Shown here one piece after another: positions 53,516-64,000 of a stretch of DNA of 64,000 nucleotides. The DNA is from the human T2T-CHM13v2.0 reference genome, Homo sapiens. Every line of letters begins with the position of its first letter. Position 1 is the first letter of the stretch. The stretch lies in assembly GCF_009914755.1 (NCBI RefSeq), contig NC_060926.1; one strand, written 5' to 3'. The position numbers and the translations under genes were made by a program. Below the pieces are notes generated by a model that saw only the letters and a list, made by a program, of their open reading frames with translations, was not told the origin of the DNA and made no database searches.

Positions 53516-55124
53516 CTTTAAGTCATACTGAGTTCAGTCGCATCTGATTAGACACACATCCCCTCCTATATTCCTCAGTCTTTTCAGTTTGTTCCTGGGC
53601 TATCACCTCTTTGTCTTTCAGTTTAGATAACTGCAGTTTAAAAGACGGAACAAAATTGTAATAACCAAACTACTGATTTGAGGCAAGCAGAAGGGACTTC
53701 CTTGTGAATTCCATAGGGACAGAGGAAAGGCATGCCTGGATAAGGGGTCCAGTGTGGCAGTTTATTTCCTGTGTGACCATTGTCCTGGATTTTTTTTTCC
53801 CCCTTATTGACTTTACATTTGTTCATCTACAGAATGCAGATAATATCAATGCTGCTGTGTTATGAAGCTTGAATGAAAAACTGTTGCGTGGGCATGGAGT
53901 AAACACTGGTTGTGGTGGGATACCAAAACACACTTGCACGCAAAGGGAAAAGCAAAAATCCCATTACCCTGACAAACACTTTTCCATTCTTTCCAGTTCT
54001 TGTTTATTTACTTTATAGTTCAGAGTTGTAGTAATGGCATGAACAACATTTCATATTTTTTCCCCAAATGGTTAAAGATTCTGATATCTATCTATTTGAA
54101 AGTTCATATTGTACTATCAGATTTTACCTTAGCCCATGTTAGAAGATGGCGATCTTGATTTCTGGATGTTTTAACATTCTCCTAATGTAAAATGTTATAG
54201 AACATTAGGAGATGAGAAATAAAACTTCCTCCTCTCTGAGGCAATGCCAGATCTCCTGTGGCTTGTCCCCACCTTACCCCAAACAGGTCTTTGCAGTTAA
54301 AGTAGGTGTAGGGGAGAGGGTTGTGGCAGCGTAGTGGTGAGTGCTGTGTGTACATAGTGAGAAGTTTGTACAGGGCCAGGCAATCCCAGGGCATAAGAGC
54401 TCAGGAAACAGTTTTCCTCCAAAAGAGGTTGTGCAACTTCCTACACACACTGGGTGGCCACTCTCCTCAGAGGAGGAGTTCATTCCCAGGGTGCTGGCCA
54501 TCGGCTCCCAGGGGCAATGTAGGCACAGCCCAGGTTCCTCTTCTAAGGAGTGACTTTCTCTCTCCCAAGGATGAGCCTGCTGGGCTAAGTCCTCAGACTC
54601 CGGGAGCATCCTGGCTGCTGTGCCCGCCCCTGTCCTATTGTGCATCTGACCAGGTGTGCTGTTTGTTGTGACAGCAGGAGCATTCTGGGTGACTGGCGGC
54701 TCCTCATTGGGATTTGCAGGGAATGTTAAAAAGCAACATCTGAAATGAGATAAGCTTTTGAGATTTTTCTGAGTTTGTTTATTGGTGAAGGGAAGCTCTC
54801 TCAGGAGAGGCTGGCTGGCAGAGGTAGGTACAGCACACACCTCTCACCCGGAGAACTGAGAAAGCCCCCCCATAGGATTCTGTTCTCTCAGGGCCTTCTC
54901 ACACCCTTCTTCTCCCACTTGTAGCTCCTGGCTGCTTCCTTCTCCCTTTCTTTCTCTTTGTCCCCTTCTCTTTCCTTCCCTAGAGCAATGCACATTTCTC
55001 TTCCTAACCTTTTCATGTGTTTAGCTTTTCCCCATGAGTATTTCATGAACACGTTCTCACTAGGAAGAGTCAAATAATTTGGACAACTTGAAAGTTTCCT
55101 AAAATGTTTCCTCCTACAGCCATT

Positions 55125-55878
55125 TTTTTTTATTGTGGCAAAATACACACTATATAAAATTGACCATTTAACTGCTTCTGAATGTACAACTCAGTGGCAT
55201 TAAGTGCGTTCACATTGTTGTGCAACCATCACCACTGTCCAGCTCCAAAACATTTCATCATCCCAAATGGAAACTCTGTACCTGTTAGACACTAACTCCC
55301 CACTCCCCTCTTCCCCCAGCCCCGGCAACCCTCATTCTACATTCTGTCTCTCAGCATCTGACTATTCCAGGTACCATATAAGTGGATTCATTTAGAATTT
55401 GTTCTTCTATGACTGGCTTACTTCACTCAGTATAATGTCCTGGAGGTTCATCCATGTTGTAGCATGTGTCAAAATTCCCTCCTTTTTGAAGGCTGAATAA
55501 TATTCCATTGTATGTATAGACTACATTTTGATTACTCTTTTTTTTTTTTTTTTTTGAGACGGAGTCTCGCTCTGTGGCCCAGGCTGGAGTGCAGTGGTGC
55601 AATCTCGGCTCACTGCAAGCCCCGCCTCCCGGGCTCACGCCATTCTCCTGCCTCAGCTTCCTGAGTAGCTGGGACTACAGGCACCCACCACCACACCTGG
55701 CTAATTTTTTGTATTTTTTAGTAGAGACGGGGTTTCATCACGTTAGCCAGGATGGTCTCGATCTCCTGACCTCATGATCTGCCCGCCTCGGCCTCCCAAA
55801 GTGCTGGGATTACAGGCGTGAGTCACTGTGCCTGGCCTACATTTTGATCATTCTTGTATCTGTTGATAGACATTTGGC
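55125..55878 (-). mobile_element. L1MB-type 3' end, interrupted by AluY
   Basis: TGTACAACTCAGTGGCATTAAG...TTGTGCAACCATC...GGCTGAATAATATTCCATTGT. Confidence 0.82.
55539..55837 (-). mobile_element. AluY-like
   Basis: Y diagnostics (CTGCAAGC, ACGCCATTCTCC, TTAGCCAGGATGGTCTCGATCTCC); TSD TACATTTTGAT.A.TCTT. Confidence 0.92.
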
Positions 55879-56049
55879 CCCCAGCCACTTTGTTGTGGTT
55901 GTTTTAGTGTGTTTGGTTGTGTTAGTGTGGTTTTTCCGCATTTTTCTATTTTTCTTGGAGTTCATATACACATGTGCACATCATTTTGTTATATAAATAG
56001 GATCTCACTGTGTGTTTTATTCTACAGCTTTCTCTTTTGAAATTGAATT

Positions 56050-58090
56050 CTTATTTTCATTGATGAAATGTATGAAAATATTTAATGAACTTATACTGTG
56101 AGGTTTGTAATGAAAAACAGCCATGCCCTCCCTCAACCCTCTTCATCCCTCATTTCTTTTCCTTGTGGGCCACTACTCTCAATTCTCTTACTTCATTCTC
56201 ATGTAATTTACTCCATATTCCTAAGTAACATGTCTAAAGAGCCACCTCTTGGTTATCTACTGGCTTACTCTTATAGAAAACGAATGTTTCTCACTACAGC
56301 ACCATTTTCCTTTTCCTATTCTCTGAAAGTCAGTGTATCACCATTTTTACTTAAATCAGTATCCAGTGTTCACATTGTTATTGCTATAAAAATACTGTTT
56401 CCAGCCATGCCCCACAGTGTACCATATTTTATTTCCTTCTGTCACAACCTTTTTATTTCTTCAGAGATAATTGTCTCCTTTATCCATTTGCTTAGTTTTC
56501 TATAAGCCCATCACTCACTGACCTCCACACTAGACAGATATGAAACAGAACAGATACAACAGATTTATCACAGGACAGAGCAGTTCCACTCGTCCCACTG
56601 TGATCAAACCTGTCAGGTAATTGGCAGTTCCACCCCTCCTGCCCCTCATGGACACATTCATTCTGGAGGCCTCCTTCCACAGCTTCAGTCCGGATGGGCT
56701 CTTCCTGCGTCTTCACCACCCCCTTGGGAATTTTCCTTGCATTTCCTCCATGGTCAAGTCACTGTTTTCCCAGGCTTTCTCTTTCTTGGTTACCCTTTGT
56801 AGAAGCTTAGAGAGGACCACAGATTCATTAAGGCTACTCCTGTTGAGAGGTGTGGTTTGTGTCGCCTCCCCTTGATCTTGGGTAGTTTTATGACTGCTTT
56901 GGTCAACAGAAGATAGCTGAGATGACAGTGTGACAGTTTCCAGGCTCAGGCCTGAAGAGACTGGGACCTTCCACTTCCCATCTCTTGAGGCCCTGAGCTT
57001 CCATTTAAAAAGTGCTGCTTGCCTGTGGCTGCCATTGCTATGAGGAAGTCCAAGCTGATGCCTGTTGAGAGGCTGCATAGAGAGAGGTAAAGAGATGCTA
57101 ACATTCCCAACTGCTTCAGCAGACAGCTATTTCTGAGATGGGAACTCAGACACTGGAAAGCAGAGAAAAGCCATCCCTATTTGTTTCCTGTCCACATTCC
57201 ATGGAATAATAACACACTGTTGTTTTAACTTTCCGAGTTTTGGGTGCAGTCTTACATAGCCATAGATAACCAAAACAGTCTCTTATCTAATAGCTTCCTA
57301 AGAGAGGGTACCTGGGAATTAACTTTTCGAGATTTTTAAAGATTTTCATGTCTGAAAATGTTTACTGTTCAATTGACTGAAAGTTTTTGTGGGTGTAGAG
57401 TTCTAGGCTGGAAATAAAATTTTCCTTAGATTTTTAAAGGTGCATGCCATAACTTTCCAATATCCAACATTGCAATGAACAAATCTGACCCTTTCTGCAC
57501 CTTGATCTGTTATATATGACTTGTTTTTGTCCCTCCCTACTGGAAGCTTCTTTTTGGCATTGTTGTATTATAGAATTTCATGATGGGGTGGCTTGACATG
57601 GGTTCTTTTAGTGCATTGGGCATGCAGTGGGCCCTTTTAATATGGAAACTTGTGTTCAGTTATCTGTACTGTTCTGTCATCTGGAACTCCTTTTGCTCAG
57701 ATGTTGTACCTCCTTGCCTTGTCTTCTAATATTTTTCCTTCCTTTTTTATTTTCCATCTCTTTGTCTTTTGGTTCTGTGTCCTGGTGAGATTTTCTCAAC
57801 TTTTATCTTCCAACTCTTCTTGAGTTATTTTTAAATATCTGCTGTCATATTTTTAATTTTCAAAAGTTCTCTGTTCCTTTTTCAACAGCATCTGTTCTTG
57901 TTTTCTAGTTATAAAAATCTCTTATTTTTCAGAATAGTTGATAGTAAGTTTTGAAGTGTTCCCTTCTATTCTCTGCTTTGTCTCTGTTTTCTTTGAGTTC
58001 CTTTATTCCATTTGTATTTTTGACCTTTTTTATGTTTGAGGCTTTCATTAAATGTCAGGTCAGTCATGGATGTTTGTTCACAATATGGGA
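56050..58090 (-). mobile_element. Highly diverged L1ME-type fragments, interrupted by MLT1
   Basis: T-rich antisense L1-like tracts (CATGTCTGAAAATG, GAGTTCTAGGCTGGAAATAA). Confidence 0.55.
56798..57277 (+). mobile_element. MLT1G/H-like MaLR LTR
   Basis: GACTGCTTTGGTCAACAGAA...TGAGGAAGTCCAAGC...ATAGATAACCAAAACA. Confidence 0.7.
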
Positions 58091-60106
58091 AATGTGAATA
58101 GAAGGCTGGTTGCAAATGGCGGGGTTTGTTGGGCCCGGGCTTTCTTGATCACAGAGTAACTTCCTTTGGCAGATCAGTATTGGTGTTTTGTTTAGGACAG
58201 GGTTAATTCCTCCAGTGATGAATCTTTTAGTCTCCTGAGAGGTGGATGGGTGGAGAATGAGGGGCAGATCCTAATCCTCCTTCCTGAGACCTTGGAGGCC
58301 CCAGGCTCTCCATGCACAACGTGAGGCTGGTTAGAAAACCATCCTCCTTTCTCAAGACTTGCATTTGTATACCTGATTTTGTTAGAACAAATCACTTGAT
58401 GCCATCTTCTGGGAAATGGTCTAGGGTGTCCACAGCATGGAGGCCACCCCACATGATTGGCTGCACCCTGTGCATTGGTAAGTGGTGGCTCTCACTGAGG
58501 GGTCTCCTACTGGCTCCAGTGTTCCCCATGTGGGTCCCACAGTTAGCCTCCCATGCCACCCTCTCCTAACAGTAAACCCTCAGGCTTTGATGGACTTGGA
58601 GAGGGGACTTGAGGATGCAGCTGCTTTCAGAGGTGCATGGAGCCTCCACTTCCCAAGCATTTATACAACCCAGTGGCACCAGCTAGTTGGCTCCGTCAGC
58701 CCTGTAGACTTAGCATCCTCTGTTCTGCTAAGTGAGTTACCACTTGCCTGTTCACTGTCTAGGTGACAGTGTGTTGCTGCTATCCCTCGTGGAATGTCAG
58801 TTTCTCTTGAGTTCTTGGTTGGTCCACGTGGTTTTATGCCATAAATCATTTTATTATTGAATATCCCTGTTTAAATATGTTCTGATATCCAGAACTTGTA
58901 GACCTGTATTTATGTGTTAGTGTAGAAAGGATTGTCTCATTCTTTTAAAAGCTGCATCAGTAACAATTGTACCAAATTTAATTATGCCATGCCCCATCAA
59001 AGGACACTCAGGTCATGTTCAGTTTGTGTTATCTTAAACAATGCTGCAGGGAGTACCCTCGTATTCATAAGAAGAGATTTCTCTGGATTAGGTTCTAGAG
59101 GTGATGCCGATGGGACAGAGGTATCTGCATGGAAAACGCTGACCAATATTGCCAGATTATCTTCCAAAGGCTCCAGTTTTATTGCTCCCAAGACTATATC
59201 AGGCAATTTCAAATCCAGTTTAATTGTGGGCGTGTAGAGCCTAATCTAAATCCCAGTGTTCATCTCTTCATCATTTGAGATACTGTGTCAGGCCCTGGAG
59301 ATGGGCCGGTGAGTGGTGAGGTGGGCCCTGGCTCCCAGGAGCTTCTGCAGCACATGAACCATGACTGACCTATGACACTGGCAGCCTGCAGCCCCACAGT
59401 CACTTTTGGCATTCTCTTCTCCCCATTAACATACATAAATATCCCAGACATCCTATTTTCTGCCATTCCCAGAATTTCAAGTCTCCAAAGGAGCACAAAA
59501 AGATTTTGGCAAATCATAGGTTTTTAATGTGTAAAATATGCCTTTGTATTTGTAAACTTGAATGTTAAGTTTTATGAGCATTTATTGGATGTAGGGTCCA
59601 GACCTCTAGATAGGCAGTTGAGAGAGCTAAGGATGCTCCATGATACAGCCTGGGACAGGATCCCTGTCAGCCATCATTTAGGGACCTGATAGTGGGGAAT
59701 CCACTGGCCCTGTCCTTTGGAAGCTACAGTCTAATGTGGCCAGGTCCGGTGGGACACTGGGATGTCAGCGTGTTTGAATGTTGGGACATGGGGATTTTTC
59801 ACAGTGACAACACTGTTAGGTTGTGGCTGACGTGGACAGTTGTCCTTGGTCCTGTCTAGGGGCCACAGAAATACAAGCTGTTCATGTTGGAGGGGATCTT
59901 GCCCTTTTTTGAAGGAGGAAACAAAGGCTTAAGGAGGAAGTGACTTACTCAAGTGTCATTCTCTTTTCTCTATTAAAATATGTAAATATCCCAGGCATTC
60001 CTGGGATGTGGAGTGGCTTGGAGTGGCAAAGCCAAGAATAGGACCTCTGGGCTTCCGATTCCTCAAGCAGTGATTTCCAGTGTGTTTATCTGGAGTATTA
60101 TGGTGT

Positions 60107-60422
60107 TGCGTCAGCTTAATAGGGCTGCCGTAATAATGTACCCGGGCTAGGTGGCTTAAATAACAGAAATGTATTGTCTCAGAGTTCCGGAGGCTGAGAA
60201 TCCAAGATCAAGGTGTCAGTGGGTGTCGGCAGGGTTGGTTGCTTCTGAGGGCTGCAAGGGAGAATCTGCTGCAGGCCTCTCTCCTTGGCTTGTTGGTGGC
60301 TGTCTTTTTTCCTGTCTTCACATGGTCTTCCCTCTGTACCTGTCTGTCTTCAAATTTTAGAAGGACACCAGTCAATATCTGAATTTTTAGGGGGAGCGGG
60401 GGACACTATTCAGCTTGTAACA
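60107..60422 (-). mobile_element. MLT1B-like LTR, internally shortened
   Basis: GGCTTAAATAACAGAAATGTATTGTCTC...TCCAAGATCAAGGTGTC...GACACTATTCAGC. Confidence 0.8.
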
Positions 60423-61647
60423 CACAGTGAGTGTGACAGAGTAAGAACAAGAAGTTACACGTGCACCCGCGTGTTTGTGTGTGTATAAAACAGAGTTTTA
60501 TACATTTAAATAGAAACTCCCTACCTCTGACCTCAACTGGAAAGTCATTTCTTGAGAAGTGCTGGATCCCCAAGCCTAGCACAGTGGTTGTCATCGAGTA
60601 ACATCTCAGAGAGCCTGTGCTGAGTAGATGGGCAGGTATGAAGAGGTAGGAAGTCAAAACCCTCAGGGCTGGGAGGGATCCTAAGGAATTTGGTTTAACC
60701 AATCTCTTATCTGTGGTTTCCTACCATGCTTTTGCACGCAAGCACTCAGAGAAAACACAAACTGGAGAATGGTGAGGGAGTTGGGGCAGGGGGTGGGCTG
60801 GTGGTTTTCCAAGTGTCTGCCTCCAGCGGTGAGAGAGGAGAGAGGCGGAGAGGTGATTGCACGTTTTCTTGCGAGTCTCACAAACCTGCAAGGGATAGAA
60901 TTCTTCCAGTCCCTGTCAGACTCTGTGCCCCCTGACTGTGTTAAAATAGGGAGACATTTAGCACAGCTTTCAGTCCTGGAAGGAAACAGCACGGTGAGGA
61001 GAGGGTCCCAGGGATGGGGACAGCTATTGCTGTCTTGTCTTACACACATCCACCAGCTAAAATCGTGACAGTATGTGGATTTAAACACAAGTCATAGGAG
61101 AACAAAGCATGTTTTTGATATGGGTAATTTTGTAAAGGCTTTTTAAGTATTTGGAGACCATCTCCTCCCAGGTCCAGCATCAAGACAATTATTGTAGTGC
61201 TGCTCTGTACTCTGACATGTGACTTTATTAAGGGGCATTGTCAACCTCTTAGATCACTTTCCTCAACCTTAAATGAATAATTGTACACTAGAAAAAATAT
61301 TGTTGACTATGTGTAAGGAAAATTTTCCTTCTTGTTCTTCTTTCCTTGGCAAGAAATTTTGGGGTGATATATTGTTATATTAATAACTTGCTTTCCTGGA
61401 TGGGAGGAAAGTTTTGGTGTCCCTGACACCTTGGATCCTGATGCCATTGGGTGGCAGAGCTCCTGGGGCCCTTCGTCACCACACTTGTCTGAGTGCTGCA
61501 ACCACTTCTACAACATGGGCCGTGAAAAGTGAAGGACAGAAGGTGGGTGAATTTGGGGAATTCTCTAGTTTTCTTTTCTATCACACCAAGGCTTGGGGCT
61601 TTCCTGAACTCTCAATAGTAATAGCATCCTAAAATTGTTTGAGTGCA

Positions 61648-61830
61648 TACAAAGATAACTCAAAATGGATTAAAGACTTAACTTAAGACCTGAAACTGTA
61701 GATCTACTAGAAGAAAACACAGGAAAAAAGCTTCTTGACATTGGTTTGGGTAAAGATTTTTTGGATATGATCCCAAAAGCATAGGCGATAAAAACTAAAA
61801 TAGATAAATGAGATTGCATCAAACTAGAAG
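61648..61830 (+). mobile_element. L1 ORF2 fragment
   Basis: AACTCAAAATGGATTAAAGACTTAAAC...CTAGAAGAAAAC (NSKWIKDLN...LLEEN). Confidence 0.85.
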
Positions 61831-61836
61831 AGGGGA

Positions 61837-62205
61837 GATTCACATAACATACAACTAACCATTTTAAAGTGTACAATTCAGTGGCATTTAGTGTGTTCTC
61901 AATGTTTTGGAAACATTGTTTCTATCTCATTTTCATCACCCCAGAAAAACACACTGTACCTATTAAAGAATCACTCCCTTTCACCCTTCACTTATTTCCC
62001 TGGCAACCACCATCTACTTTCTGTCTCCATGGAGTTGTGTATTCTGGACATTTCATATAAAAGGTTATAATAGGTGACCATTTGTATCTGGTGGCTTAGC
62101 ATGCTTTTGAGTTTCATTCTAGCTGTGTACTTCCAAACCTATCAACTATGTAATACCAATACTTCAATTCTTTTTGTGGTTGAATAGTGCTGTGTTGTAT
62201 GCATA
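61837..62205 (-). mobile_element. L1MB-type 3' end fragment
   Basis: ATTTTAAAGTGTACAATTCAGTGGCATTTAG...TATTCTGGACATTTCATATAAA. Confidence 0.8.
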
Positions 62206-63029
62206 TATCAGGCAGATAATTTCCTATATTTAAAAACACAGGTGAAGTCTCTTACAGTTTGTTTTGTCCCAGGCCACATGGGAAAGTGGCAGTGGGGCTG
62301 AGCCTTTTGGCTACCCAGTCCCTACATTTTTTTCTAGAATATGTTCTCTTTTCTTAAACTTGCATAGTGACTGTTCTGATTTATTTTCCAAAAATTTACT
62401 AATTTTTCCAGTAACTAACATCATGAAATAAGGGTGCAAGGGTTTGGAAAAAAACAAACCCAAGTTCAGAGACTCAGGGAGGAGGGCCGGGTGGAGGTCA
62501 TTCAGTGCTGCCAGGCCTTTGGTGGGACACGGGATCCTCGATTGACCAGGACTGAGGCTGGCGGAAGGACCAATGCACCATTCAGAGCACTTTGCACCAT
62601 TTCTTTGAGATCATCCATAATTTCTGTGTCTCCGCCCAAGGCTTTCAGAATTTTTCCTAGCCCTTAGAACTCCCCTCACCTGCCTTCCCTTGTGGTGCCT
62701 TCCGGAGCTGCCACATCACCACAGGGATGATTTCTATTCTTGTGAATGTGCCTACACATTTCTCCTCTTCTGCTCCTCCCAGTGAAATCCCACTGGCTGA
62801 CTTGGGGCAGCAGACAGCACCTTCTGTTCTATCCTGTGATTTCCTCTTGAAGTAAAATGCTCAGTCCTTTTAGGGGGCTCTCCTTCTGCTGGGTACAATT
62901 GGGGTGCTGCCTCTGGGGCCCCCCAGGCACTGACCCTGCACCCTGCAGCAGATGTCCCACACCTAGGCCCTGCCTCCTAGTTGTGCCCTGTCTGCAGCCA
63001 AAGAACTCTGGCTGATACCTGCTCAGTGG

Positions 63030-63072
63030 AGAAAGAGAGAGAGAGAGAAAGAGAGAGAGAAGAGAGAGAAAA
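63030..63072 (+). repeat. (GA)n microsatellite
   Basis: Direct reading. Confidence 0.9.
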
Positions 63073-63564
63073 CGAGGGAAAGAGTGCAAGAGAGCACTAT
63101 TCAGCGAAGTGCATTAAAACTCTTGCTTGTAAAAGGCCAAGAGACCCAGTGGTCCCACTTTACCCTCAAGGTGCTCTGGGCCCAAGGAACATAGTTGGTG
63201 GCATGATTTTTTATGTCTTATAATTTACTTGACTATTAAAGGTGGCAGTAATAAAGTTTAGAAAGGGAATTATTTTGGCAAAAAATGTAGAGAGGACAGA
63301 GTTAGGAGGTGGGATCTGCAGGGTTTGACATTATATGTTATGTGTGCTAATGTAATATGAGACATTCCCTTCTCAAAGGAATTTGAGGTGAAGAAAATGG
63401 TGAGCTGGTGGTAATTTCTTTTGCTTCCTCATCAAGCACAGTATCAGTGAGGTAAGCACTTGTCCTTACTTCACGTCCCCTCCCTACATTACCTACAACC
63501 TTCTCCCACAGTTGACCAGTCACTTCACACTCCTCCCACACTTTGCCATAGGACCTATCTTGTA

Positions 63565-64000
63565 AACCCTGGAGGAAGCCATTCAGGCATAGCCACCGTC
63601 TGGCCACAGGAGTTGGTTCAGAAACAGTCATGTGACCTGACTGTAGTCAATGAAATAGGAGGGGAGGAGGTTTTTTGGTGTGCCGGCAAAAGACACTTCC
63701 TTGCTTACTTGCGAGATCTGTCAGAGGGGCATACTCTCTCATCTTGGAGAGGGTGGAGTTTGAGTATGAAGCTAGCCCTGGTGCAGCCATTTTGTCATTT
63801 TGAGGGAGACCACCTCTAGGATGAAGTGGCCCATGGAGGCAGAGTAGACAGACACTAAGTTCTAGGACACACTTGAGCCTCAGAATCAAACCTGCTCTGA
63901 AGCCTGCCCCAAGTTTGCCTTGCCAGTTCCCTGAGGTAGCAACTGCCCTTTACCGTTCAGGTTAATGCGAGTTGGTTTTCTGTTGCTTGCAACCCTAAGC
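63565..64000 (+). mobile_element. Old MLT1 (K/L-like) LTR running to the window end
   Basis: GTCATGTGACC, GCAGCCATTTTG, GAGTTGGTTTTCTGTTGCTTGCAACC. Confidence 0.6.

Overview
Primate (human-like) nuclear genomic DNA, mostly intergenic/intronic and dominated by interspersed repeats: about 14 Alu/FLAM/FRAM copies, old and mid-age L1, many MaLR and ERV solo LTRs, DNA-transposon fossils, MIR/L2 and microsatellites. The only strong gene-like signal is a CpG island at ~51.3-52.3 kb. It has GC boxes, splice donors on both strands and a candidate 41-codon first coding exon (ATG 51568, donor 51691/2); I cannot name the gene. Notable structures: a triple-nested LTR stack (MER21C > MER61 > LTR10) with intact TSDs; an L1PA8-like element with both ends and a likely TSD but missing ~5 kb internally; a near full-length degenerate hAT-Blackjack-type transposase split by an LTR; an LTR7C solo LTR; and an ERVL LTR-gag junction. 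Nearly all ORFs in the supplied track are repeat-derived or chance. Repeat subfamily names come from recalled consensus sequences, not from a search. I found no convincing evidence of a novel multi-gene system.
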